64,000 bases of DNA, from contig OU015567.1 of assembly GCA_907165135.1 (NCBI GenBank), positions 4,030,001 through 4,094,000 of the forward strand, in the 5' to 3' direction. Each line of letters starts with the position of its first letter. The stretch's first letter is position 1. Made by a program: the position numbers and the translations under genes. A model generated the notes under the pieces. That model worked only from the letters and a program-made list of their open reading frames with translations. It did not search any database and was not told the DNA's origin. Source of the stretch: Oikopleura dioica. Taxonomy: Eukaryota > Animalia > Chordata. Shown in pieces: positions 10,884 through 22,666 of this stretch.

Positions 10884-13513
10884 CTAGAATTCAACTCCTT
10901 CGTCCTCAGCTTCAACATCGACTTTTTTGACGGAAGCGGCGGAAGACAAGGAGGAAGTCTCAACCGTCGGTTGAGAATCACTGCTCTTGTTTCGGAAGGA
11001 ATCAGGATTGGCGTAGAATTCTTCGGCTTCTTCGATTGTTGTCAGCATTGGGACGCCAAGGGTTTCAGGGAGGAAGAAGACTGAATTTTTTATCATAATA
11101 GGGTAGAAGTAAACCACTGGTTTTGTTTTTTCTCGTATAAATTAATCAATATTTATGTGCAAAAATATATAAAATTTTACTAAAAAAGAGAGCATTTGTG
11201 GTTTTTTCAACCAAAGAAAATCCGGTTGTAAATATTCAACTCTAGAAAAAATAAATGATCACCTGTGATAACTTGCACAATCCCAAGTGCTCCGAAAATA
11301 ACAAACGGGAGCCAACTCGTCGTCTTTCCAAGTCCATTAATAATCGGCGCTAATATGCCTCCAATTCTTCCTCCCGCAGAGCTCAGCCCCACTCCAACTC
11401 CTCTAACCGGCGTTGGGTACATTTCCGAAGCGTGGACGTAGACGATTCCAAAAGTGCCGGCGACGCCAAATTTTCCAACGACGGCGCAGATCATTTTGGC
11501 CGTCGACAGGCCGTCGTTATCGGGATCATCGATGAGGAGGAAGTCGAAAACGGCGGTCAAAAGGCAACCTAGATTGATTTTCTTATATTTCAAAAAATCG
11601 AGAAGCCGCTTGCGGCTTCGAGCTAATACCGAATAACTTATTCGGAATAAGCCGCGCTTCGCGCGGCTTGATTCTTTTTTTCTCGAAGCCGCAAGCGGCT
11701 TCTCGGTTTTTGTCTATAATATCAGGGTATGAATTTTTAATGTGAGCCCCTTTATTTATTACTTGATAACCTTATATAGGCAATCAATTAAAAATTGAGA
11801 AAGAAGAGTGTTTCAAAAATAAAGGTTGGATTTATTTCAAAATAATATCTTACCGACTGATCCAAGCAACATTGTCCAAACAGTTCCATATTTTCTTCCT
11901 ATTTTGGGGTGATCGATAAACAGCGGGAGTAGAATGTAGCAAAGAACCTCAACTGCTCCGTTGATAAAGTTTGTCATCAGGAGGGAGCCACCGAGATCGC
12001 CAGCGCCAAGGCTTAATCTTTTCAAACGTTTTTCAAATGTGATTGTTGCGGTTTTAGATGCTTTATCAAAAAGGGGGCAGCTAGAACTGAAGGTTCAATC
12101 ATTTCATTTAATAAACGCTTTCCCATAATACACCAGCGTCGTAGCAAACCACTGGTACATTTCCACAATCGTCACGACTCTCATTTTCGGTGGTTTGAAG
12201 AGATCTATTTGCGTGTAGACTTTTCCATCGCCACTTTTTGCTGCAGTTTTACAGAAGCTTCTAGTTCGTCTAAGAAATCTTCGGTGCAGTTGTCGACTTT
12301 CAGGCATTTGGCGATTTTCGCTGTCTCGGATCTAGAAGATGGAAAAGGGGTAGAAAAAGGGGTTGGTTACCTTGCTTGATCAAATTTTCTTGAAGAAAAG
12401 AGCCATGCGATAGAAGTAGGGAGATAGAGATAAATTGGAATGTAGAGAAGTGGAGCAATGAGAATGACGATCATTTGATCCTGCCAATCTGCCAGCAAAT
12501 AACCAATCAAGGAGAGCAACATGTATCCAACGGAAAAGATTCCCTGAACAGTTTTAGGGGTGCTTCTTTCTATTGAAAAGAGTACCTGGGTCAAACTGCC
12601 AAACCAAGTCCTGTATTTCGGCCCAACAATTTCCATCGTGAAAACAAACGAAGCCGTCCCAGCTGAAATCGCGAAGAACCCGCTGAGGAATCGCAGCGCT
12701 GCATAAGTCCACATTCCATTTTCATGGTATGGGATCAGCACCAGCGGCAAGCTTACAGCGCTTATGCCCATCATCGCGATCAGAGCTGCGAGTCTTCTTC
12801 CGATCTTGTCCATCAACGGTCCGAAAATGAAGACGCCAAAGAAGAGGCCACTCATGAAGATTGCTGAGATCGCGGAGTCGAGTTCCTTGTTTTCGCAAAC
12901 GAGCTCGTACTCGGTGGAAACGGTTCGGGTGAATGTTGAGTTGTCGAAAATATAACCGGCATCGCAGCTTTCTGTTTTCAGATTTGGTTTTTCATCTTTG
13001 AAACAACTAAAAAAGGGCTCTTTCTTAATCTCTTCATTTGAGGACCATAATAACTGACAAATAAAAAAAAAAGTTAAAATTTCTTAGGAAAATCCGAATG
13101 AAAAAATAGAAGTAAATATTTCATTAAATATATGTTCGATAATGTTATTAAAAGAAGAGAAGCCCGAAACTGTAATACTTGACAAAGTCATCAGTAAGAT
13201 CTTGACAGATTGAGTCAACATTAGCATACTGCATACAGCTATCTTCTGGCGTAAATTCGAGACCTTTTTCGTAGTCAATTACATCAGGAAAAAGTTCATC
13301 CGCCGGCGCCCGACATCGATAATCCGGAATTGCCTGCAAGATGACTGATCCAACCTGGACCATTCCAGCGACAATCCAACAATAGTTCACCAGGAGAAAC
13401 CAGGCGATTTGCTTGCCTGAGACTTGGGGGAGACGAAGAAAGACGTAGTCGAAACCAAGGTCGTCTCGCTCGAGTTTGACATTTTCCAAGCCATTTTCTG
13501 AATATGATTTCAA
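10884..13513 (-). CDS. SLC22 organic cation/anion transporter (MFS), multi-exon
   Basis: PDYRC loop, TVSTEYELVC, GPLMDKIGRR, MEIVGPKYRTWFG, YVHASEMYPTPVRGVGVG and LPETLG motifs across ORFs 13148-13513, 12367-12855, 12104-12307, 11837-12025, 11207-11593 and 10884-11117. True start not fixed. Confidence 0.9.
11592..11711. repeat. ~120-bp hairpin element (AAGCCGC-N3/4-GCGGCTT family), intronic
   Basis: AAAAATCGAGAAGCCGCTTGCGGCTTCGAG...CTCGAAGCCGCAAGCGGCTTCTCGGTTTTT. Near-identical copy at 34037-34153. Confidence 0.8.
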
Positions 13514-14775
13514 GAAATAAAGCTACGTTTGGTTAGAAGAAGGAGCCATAAAGATAATTTCTGACTGGTCTTTCTATATTAAAACGAAGAGAGATGTCGG
13601 AAATATTTACCAAGGTCAAGAAAAGTGTTCATTGCGTTCACTGATTTAAATATAAAAATGCTTACTTACTGTTTAGACTGATAGAATCATCTTTTATAGT
13701 TATAAATATAATAATAAATATTTTATCAATATTTAATTTATAATTATAAATGAATATTTAGATATCTAACTACCTTTTCTGCCATCCTCTTCTGGGTCAA
13801 TTTTAGACGATCCTCTGCCCCTCATTCTCGATCAATCAAAAATATATTCTCTATCTTCTGCCCTCTCTCTCTAATAAAACATCAACTTATTGTATCTCAC
13901 AAGAGTCGATCAATTTGCTCTTACAACTCCGCGGTTCCGAAATCAAATATCCGAGTAAATGCTCCTGAGATGCTCGAACTTTACCCGCTCGTCCCTGAGA
14001 CAGCGGCAGAGGTCAGTCGTATTTGGTTAGAGCAATTAGAGAACTCATGGTAGTTTTCCATTTTCTGGTTTAATTCTGGGACCATGCTGTTGTGTGTATT
14101 TACTGACAGCCCGGGAGACTCTTGAGGTCGAGTCCCAAATTTAATTTGCTGAGAAAGGCCTTTGAAAAACTCAAGTGTTTCTTTCAAATCTAAATTTTTC
14201 AGGGCAAAATTACCTGCGAATTTGAGAGGTACAGTTTCGCTCATTTCATCGTCTTTTCTCTCTGTCTTCTTCAATTTTTTCTATTTTGTTTTCCAAATAT
14301 AGCTTTTTTCTCTTTATGGAAGATAATGAAAGTATTATATTTTTATATCCCAACATACTGCCCAAGGGTTTATTTGAAATTTGTTTGTTGATGCAAATGT
14401 CTGAAAAGTGCACTTGGAACTCATGATATCACTAGACAGACTTGATGATGCTCAACAATGCTCTTGTCAATCTCTCTTTCTCAATTGCGTTTCAGTCAGA
14501 CAGCCGTTACAGTCTGTCCTAAGGTCAGTGTCTCTTTTTGATTTTGAGCGTTCTCTTCCTTGATTTCGAGAGTGATTTTTTCCATTTCCTGATTTTTTTC
14601 GTTCGAGAACTTTGTTTCGAATTTCCGAAAAGACCTCTTTTAAACTCAAAATTTTATATTGAAAAAATACAATACATTTACTGTCAGTTAAATCGAGTTG
14701 TCAGATTACCCCGCCCAGATTTGAAATCATGCTTGTTCTGTTTTTTTCAATGCTAAAAGAAATTTTTATTGAAGT

Positions 14776-16435
14776 TTAAGAACCAAAGACATTTTTCTGA
14801 AAACAAGCAGCTTCTCCTGGTGGAGTAACGATCACATTTCCAGGGGGTGAGAATCGAGCGCAGACGTAGATCTTTCCAGACTAGAAGAAAAAAAAAAGAA
14901 ATAAAATCCTCCATGATGAGTTTTTGTCGTACCTTTCCCTGGGATGCAGAGATGCCGAAATTTTCAGAATCAGCCCAGACGAGTTGAGTGAAATTTCCAG
15001 ATCCAGGTTGCCAGCCGGGAGTGTTGAAGTTGTACTTTTCTTTGCCGCCGTACCAGGCATCTACTGCGCCGGAGAGGGAGAAATTCGGGCCACTAGAAAT
15101 TTATTTATTATTTTTATAAAAAAATTTTTTTCTTTGACAGTGTCAAATTGACACGGAATGTCCGAAATGAAAAGTGTGATGATATACAACATATTATATG
15201 TTACATATATCAAACTTAAGCAAAATTGTTTTAAAATTAGATAAATTTTCACTTGAAAACATCAATATGGTTTTTGAAACCTGTATGTAAAAAGACATTC
15301 TCCTTGATCCTCGGCATTTCCACTTTCTGCTTTTTCATTTTTCGCCATTTTCTTGGCCCATTTTTCCGCATCTTCGACCAAGTTCTTGTCCAGCTTCAAA
15401 GGGTTGACTTTGTGGTTGCCTCGAATTCGGTTTATTTGCTCCAGCACTTCTTTTTGCTCATCTTTTCCTTGAAAGAAAAAATTAAAAAATGGCTAGAGAG
15501 GCGGATAGATCTTACCGGGTGTCTTGAACTTTTTCGGTTGGTTGCTTTCTTTTACGATTTTCAGAGTTTTCATTGCTTTCTCGAGCGATTTGTCAGCCTT
15601 CTTGACATTTTGCTTGAAGCACTCTTCCTCGCCAGGTGGAGTCATGATCAAATTTCCCGGAGGCGAGAATCTGGCGACGACATAAGTCCATCCAGTGGAA
15701 GATTTCGCTTGAGCGATACCGAATTTCTTCGTTTCCCGCCACACGATTTGAGTAAAATGGCCCGTATTCCCTTAAAAAGCGTCTTACAGTCACGTTTATT
15801 CGATTTGCACAGTCGTCAAATCTGTCAATTTCTATAGTAAATCTCAGTTCTTTCAATATTTGCTTTCCGGGCGACGTGCACTTGGCAAATTTGCGATTTA
15901 AGCTTATCGAATTCGATTCAGGAAATATTTGCACGATGATTTTTGTACCTGAGAACTTATTTTTCTTGAACGAGTAATCTTTTTCTTCGCCATACCATCG
16001 GTCGATCGCCTTGACGATTTCTTGCTCGCCGGTGTGGCCGCTCAGGTTTTCGCCCTAGAAACGATAAAAAATAAGGGTATCCCTAGGATATCTTAGTTAG
16101 GTCGAAAATCCTATTTCGGCTGATCCCAAGTTAGGCCTCTTCCGGAATATCCCGAGAAATCCTACCTGATTTTCTCGATCTTCTCGTGGACTATGCTCAA
16201 GTCGATCTTTAGCCGCAAGTTGAGCCGCCCACTTAGCCGCGTCCTTGCAGAGATTTTCATCAAGCTCAAGTTCATCAGCTTGATGAACTTGTCGGTAGAG
16301 GTTCACCCGCTGGAGACATTCTAGAGAAAATATAAAATCACTTCAATTAAAACAAATCATGCATAATAGCCGCGCGCGGCTCTTTTTTCTCATTTTTCAC
16401 TGAAAAAACTTACCTTGGGCTTCAACAAGATTCAT
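14776..16435 (-). CDS. Tandem two-domain CAP/SCP protein (GLIPR2/GAPR-1-like), no signal peptide
   Basis: VNLYRQVHQADELELDENLC, GENL...WYGEEKDY, HFTQIVWRETKKFGIAQA...YVVARFSPPGN. A second domain reads INRIRGNHKVNPLKLD...WYGGKEKYNF...NFTQLVWADSENFG...YVCARFSPPGN. Confidence 0.88.
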
Positions 16436-17131
16436 TACTTTTTCTTTTTTTTCTCCTCTTTCCGGAATTTGAAAACTGGTGTTTCGTCTTTGATTCTTCT
16501 TATTCGCCGTGAGGTACGACAAATATATTGCGGATTAAATATTTGCTGCCGACGTAGATCTTTCTTTCTGACGAAAGAATTTTTTTATGAAAAGCGTCGA
16601 GCTCAAATGCTGATTCTACTCACAAAAGCACGGGAAACGAGCTTCCGCGGCGGTTTCAGAAGACTAGCTGCGCAATAGACTGAATCAATTGACAATTGTT
16701 GATCGAAGGAGTTTTCAAGTTCATGAATGAAATCAAGGAAGAAAAAAAAATTTAAACTGGAAATTCTTGAAGAAAAAAAAAGGTTAAATCTTGAACAAAA
16801 TCGAATCAACTTCCGGGCTCCGAGAAGGTGATTACAAACCTTGATGCGCGTTGATATCCCAGATCTAACTTAATCCCTTTTCTTGACCCGGCAAAAAGGT
16901 CGGCGCTGTTTTCTTGAAATTTGCGCGTTGCGCCATTACTTCCGCTTCGTTTTGTAAGGAACGTAGCCCCATAATAACTCAACACGGGAAAAGCTTGTAT
17001 CGACCAGTTTTCCCATCAAATAAACCTAGCTTTATTACGCACTGAGAATCTGGTCTTGAATTCATTAGTGGAATCGCACCGGTGCCAAAAAACTTCGATC
17101 TTTCAATTGAATAATTTATTTTTTCCTGTTT

Positions 17132-17293
17132 TGAAAACCTGAGTCAGGTTTCTCAAACGTTCAAATGAAAAGCCGCATTGCGGCTCTTCTTATAAACAGA
17201 GCCGCAACGCGGCTTCGCCAAAACTACCATATTCGTATTTTTTCTTTGATTTCGTCGATCCTGACTCAGGTTTTTTACACAGGTTGACGAGCC
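17132..17293. repeat. Copy of CCTGA(G/C)TCAGG inverted-repeat MITE family
   Basis: AAAACCTGAGTCAGG...CCTGACTCAGGTTTTTTACACAGGTTGACGAGCC with internal AAGCCGC palindromes. Confidence 0.7.
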
Positions 17294-17888
17294 TGTTGAT
17301 TGGTTTCCGAAAGCAGCCATTCTTATAAGAGTTGAACCTGGTCGCTGAGGAGCTATCACCACATCATCCCCACCCATCTGGTTATACGCGAGCTGGGCTA
17401 TTGTCAAACAAACATTGCTAGCTGCGTTTCTAAAAGGCTACGTATCCTCGGAGTTACGTATCCGGCTGGGCCCTGCTTCCGGTCATTATGTCCGTGCATT
17501 TTTTCGGACGTTTTTAATCGACTCTGGATGAGATTATCATCTGACCTCGGCCAAATAAACTTTACACCCTAAAAAGTCTCAAGAGTTTTCGAGACTTCCG
17601 TTTTTCAGATTTTTACTTCTTTATTTAATAAGTAACTTCGAGCTTCTAAGAAAGAATTTTCTTAACAAAATTCTCAAGACGACTCGTGACACATGCTCAA
17701 CAAAGGGGCTTATAATGAATATTCAAATGAACATCTCTTTCGAAAATGAACAGAAGACTTCGCACAGTCAAAAACAAATTGACCTTATCCTGTTTTTTCG
17801 CATCGAAATCGACGGTATTTCCCTTTTACTGTGAATATTCATTGTACCAAGAGGTATAAATGCGGCTTAAACCAGTCAAAAACAGAAA

Positions 17889-18219
17889 ATGAAAGCATTT
17901 TTTGTTATTTTTTTTTCCTTTGGAGTTCTTCTTCAACAGGGGCTTTTGATATTTTTGAGGGAAAACTTTATGATAAAGAACATTATCATAACAGCATGAA
18001 ACAGTATATGATCGCAAAGTCAGAAAAGGAAAAGCTAAGACAGTTGCAAGAAAATTACGAATTCCTGCAGGTATCTTATCCTTTTGAAAGGCTGACTATA
18101 ATATGTATTTTCAGTATTTGCAGAATCGGCGAAAAAAAGTTCAACTTTTCAAGACATCCTGTCTTTGTAACCAGACAAACCCTGCGACTACTACTATTAT
18201 TGTTAAAGTTATCTTCTGA
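17889..18219 (+). CDS. Small secreted peptide precursor A (2 exons; apparent 1-nt frameshift in T9 run)
   Basis: Exon 1 ends at 18070, intron 18071-18114 (GT-AG, 44 nt), exon 2 is YLQNRRKKVQLFKTSCLCNQ...*. The signal peptide MKAFFVIFFFLWSSSSTG is in frame only if one T is added at 17908-17916. Confidence 0.55.
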
Positions 18220-18476
18220 TACTTTATATAATAAATCCTGACGAACGTTTGCGATTTTTTTCTTCCATCACGAATGAGTAAACATATTTGCTAAAAAATA
18301 ATTATGCTCTCAAATTTATGAATTATTATAAATACAGTGATATCTAAATGGACCAGACAAGCATATCTAATGAAAATGTCAATTTGAAATTGACAATTTC
18401 AAAATGGATGATTTCTTTGAGAATAGGTATATTGAGGCTTTTTTAATGTTTTCTGCTCTTTCATGAAAAAATGGAA

Positions 18477-18753
18477 ATGAGGGCACTCATTTTCATCGTT
18501 TTTATTGTACAAAATTTGAATGGAAAGAGGATTTATTATAGTGACAGTATGAGGCAGTATATAAAGACAAAGCAGCTGAGAAGAAACTACGAATTCTTGA
18601 AGGTACCTTTCATATGACTTTTGATACTTTACGCCTTCGGTAACTCAGTATCTTCAACAGCGGCGAAGAACCCTTCGATTTATGAAAGAAACTAACTGTC
18701 TTCTTTACCCGAGCATTTTCTGCAAAAATCACTACTTTCGCTACATTCTCTAA
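18477..18753 (+). CDS. Small secreted peptide precursor B (76 aa, 2 exons), paralog of A
   Basis: MRALIFIVFIVQNLNGKRIYYSDSMRQYIKTKQLRRNYEFLK|YLQQRRRTLRFMKETNCLLYPSIFCKNHYFRYIL*. GT-AG intron 18603-18648. Confidence 0.7.
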
Positions 18754-19114
18754 AGTTGAAATCAACAGAATAAAAACGAAGCCTTCTTCGAAGCGCAATC
18801 TATCAAGATAACGAATTTTTCACGGTCTTATTCGGTTTTGCAAGAAAAAGAAAACCTCATGTCCGAAGTTGATCGAAGAGAGCGAAAAGCTGCTGATGGA
18901 GCGCTCCACCTGTCACACTCGTAATGATAAAACTGGCGCGGCGATTTTTGCTGAACTAAAATGAACGAGCTTTCGAAAATTTTACGCGAGAAAAAGAATG
19001 AACTGACGAATTGGTTTTCAGAATCGAATTTTCAAATAATTTTTATAAAGTTTTTATGTAAAAAAGTTGAATTTCTTTAATAAAAATAGGAAGCTCTTTT
19101 TGGGCGCTTAAATT

Positions 19115-19805
19115 CTACTCCGCTCAAATTCCGCTCGGCTGAAATTTTGCTCCGCTCAAATTCAGTTGTTCTAGAATTTTCCTCAGCAAGAGCTCAGCTC
19201 GGGTCAAAAACGGCTCAGCTCAAATTTTACTCAGCTCAAAAGTCGCTCAATTTTTTTTGTAAAGAAACTCTTTAGTTAGCGTTTTTGCTTTAAAATTAAT
19301 GGCTCGGTCGATTTCTAAAACTCAAAACTCTGCATTTCAGAAAGCGGAAAGTTGAAATTTCCAGATAGAGTCGGAAACAAGAAAAATCAACATAGCCCTT
19401 CCGGCTTATTCTATATCATATGTAGTTGCATATCTTGAGACGGGGAACGAGTTTTCGAAGCGGAAATGCACCGACAGCCGATTAGCTCAGCTCACACATT
19501 TGCAAAACTTTGCCAGGGCAGCTGCGCGAGATAACATAATTTTTAAAAGGTGAGAAATTTTATCGAGCGAATTATTCATTTAAATATATTGGTAGAGCAA
19601 GTTTTTTAATCACGTTTCTTTGCTGAAAAAAACGATTTTTGAGGGTTCAAATGATTCGTGAGCTATAAGCGATTTTTAAGCAATGAGCGGAAAATGAGCG
19701 GAGCACTATAAGAGGGATGAGCGGAAAATGAGCGGAGCGATATTTAACCGAGGACCGGAAAATGAGCGGAGCGGTATTTGAGCGATGAGCGGAAAATGAG
19801 CGGTG
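19115..19805. repeat. Opposed arrays of CCGCTCA / TGAGCGG (foldback-like remnant)
   Basis: (G)CTCCGCTCAAATT-type units at 19115-19250 face AAATGAGCGGAGC units at 19683-19805. Confidence 0.55.
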
Positions 19806-20729
19806 CGAGAAATAAAACTTGTGGCTTCGACAAAATAAGTTTAAGTTTCTCCGAAGAAAAATTGCTTTCTGTTGGCTTTTTAGATCTGATTTTTCAGTTT
19901 TCAAAAGAAAAATATTCTATGAGAAAAGAGTTAATTCTCGCTCTTATCCAATTGCGGTGGTGAGGCCAGATTTCCGCGATTATTGTCCGAGCAGTTTCGC
20001 GTGTTACCACATTCCCAGAATGCCACCAGCAAGAAGATATATTTTCAGAGCTTTCTTTTTGGCTTAGAATTGCCGAAATAAACAGACGCAAAAATTTTTG
20101 TTGTGAAAAATTTTGCGGAAATTTTGAGAATTTGGCGGAGATTTAGTGGATGCGCGAAGCACCACTAGATTCCGCGAGCAGTTTGTAAACTCGCTCACGT
20201 TTTACGAAAGCTAGAACGTGTCCCTTCCTTACGAAAGGGGGGGGGGGCGAAGAAAAAGCCTGATTACGAATTGAACCGCTAAAAAATTCTCAAGAAAACA
20301 AGGCAGCTTGAAAATAATCATAGTCATCAACGAATTCGCTAACGATCATTTCCAACGCTCTTGCGTTTTGCATAACTTCCCCGTTTTTCACCGCCCATCT
20401 GGATGTCTTTTTGACTCTTTGACGCGTTTTTAGCGGCAATTGGTAATTACTGAAATGAGGTTCTTGAAGTTTGGGTTAAATGGACCGAATTGAAGAGGTA
20501 ATATTTGCTCGTTGATCTTTTAAATGTTAATAAAAAGGAAAAGACGCGGGCCGGATGGTGTTGAAGCGAGAAAATACGTTGTTAGGAAAGAAAGAGATTT
20601 ATGAATAAATGCCTGTAAAGAAGCCGTTTTTTGAAGTTGCTTTGACACCAAGAAAAGATGAAAAGATAAATTAAATATCAAAAGCGCTAGAATTATTTTT
20701 TATCTTGATAAAGCTCTCCAAGTTCGGAT

Positions 20730-21503
20730 GGAACTCTGAGAAACACAGATACAAGTACGAGCTCCCATACGAGCCTTACCAGCTCTAGAAACGAGAAAGA
20801 AAAGCAAGATGAAGCAAATAATGAGCAGCCCAAAAGTCAGTTTCCTCCTATAAATGCCCAGGTTTATCTTACCGCTTTCTTCCTTTATAACTTTTCGCTC
20901 AGAGAAGTTGTACTACAACCCCTCATCCTTCCGACCGCGGAGCTCCCACCCCTTGTCGAACCCCTTATTCCTGGTGGTCTGATAATCAATCTGAAAGCCT
21001 AATTTCCGACTGGACCAGGGAAGGTGCCATCTCTCGCGAGCCAATCATCCAGGAGCACATCCAATACGTCAACGAAAAATTCAATAAACTGGAAGAAAAC
21101 ATCATCGAGCTTAGGAACGGTCTCGATAATAGAATGAGGAAAATACATATTTTTTGCTGAAATTTTATTTTCGAGTCTGCGAGAGAACACAAAATGGACA
21201 GCTCCAGCTCGATAACAATAAATTACGGCGGGAACACTTGATCATGAAGAGGAAGTTGAAGGAATGTACAAATTTGCAGGAGACGCATGTTTTGAATATG
21301 AATGATAAGGATTTGGAAATAACTGTGCTTAGGTAAAGTCCCACAGAATCGATAATTCCCCAAAAAATAAACCCAAAAAAGCTTATTTACTTTCAAGAGA
21401 GGATCTAGGAAGAGTTCTAGAGCGCCTGGTCGATGTTGAAAAGAAACTCGAAGCTCTAGAAGAACCAAAGAGCGAGGAGAATCAGCGTCTTTTGAAAAAA
21501 TGA
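20730..21503 (+). CDS. Multi-exon coiled-coil protein of unknown function (5' end uncertain)
   Basis: Exons read QDEANNEQPKSQFPPINAQ, EKFNKLEENIIELRNGLDNRMR, LQLDNNKLRREHLIMKRKLKEC and LERLVDVEKKLEALEE, with GT-AG junctions. Confidence 0.55.
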
Positions 21504-21912
21504 ATACCAAAAGCTCCATAATCTCAAACAAGAAAAACGGCCAGCAAAAGTGATCAAGCTCTAGAAAGAGCTTCTTTTCTGCTGTCTGACATGTTCCCGG
21601 CAATGCCTGAGCAAATAAAGCGCCAAGGATGAAATGGCGATTTCGTCAAATAAAATAATTCAAACGTGGTTGATAGAAACACGCCGGATGTGATAAGAAC
21701 CGACTTTGCCAAACATTCTTTATGCGCTAAAAGGGACAGGCGACAGGAATATTTTGACATATTTTATTTCATGGTTTCTTTGCTTGATACGAAAGTAGAG
21801 GGCGGATCAAACGTGAGTTTTTCTAGTAACAAAAAATTTCTAAGATAATCAATTTCAAAGATTGATAAGAGACATTTTATATCAAGATTTTTTTCATTTC
21901 TAAGTAATAAAA

Positions 21913-22499
21913 TTATCCAAAAAGAGGTTCGTAATAATCGAAATCTGAAGAACCCTCAGGCTGATCCGTCGAAGTTGAAGTAAAAGGTGTAACTGTAGTT
22001 GTCGATGAAACCATTGTCGTGGTCGTACGCGTGGAAGATGGTGCAGCTGTCGTTGTGACTTTTATATCGCAGTTGCCAAGCATACAGTTTTCAAAGAGCT
22101 CCCATGCGTTTTCATAGCAAAGAGGAATCAGATTTTCATCGTGAATATGCTCACATTTTAATTGTTCATTTATGTACCGGCTTTCGCACTGCTCCTGGCA
22201 GTGGCAATCAGATGCGCAAGCCATGTGGCGATCGTTTGCTTCATTTTGCATTGTTTTGCTCGATATGGCCACTTAGAATTTTTTGTCGAAAACTGAATTT
22301 AATCATACCTAAGTTCATGGCAGTATTCAAGGTCGTTTTTATGCTGCTCATTACACACTGCCTTGCAATCCACGCATCCTTCCAAGCAAGTTGCTACATC
22401 TTGAACTTGCTGACACTCAAATTGACAAAGAGAAAGCTGTCTCTGAGGGGTAGAATCTGCTTGGAAAAGGAGAAAAAATGGTAGATATGGTAAACGCAT
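21913..22499 (-). CDS. Secreted Cys-rich protein with Thr-rich tail
   Basis: MRLPYLPFFLLFQADS signal peptide, many Cys (CQFEC, CLEGCVDCKAVC, CASDCHCQEQC) and a TTTAAPSSTRTTTT tail. Confidence 0.7.
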
Positions 22500-22666
22500 T
22501 TTCTTATTGTAGAACTGAACAGACATGGCGATTTTTTTTCATCAGAAAAGAGTGATATTTGCAGACTATTAAAAATGAAGCCAAAATGCGGTTTGCAATT
22601 TGTATGCAATTTTTGATAGGAATTTTTACCGTTTTATTAACCGTTTCCATACAAAAGAAAAGATTT

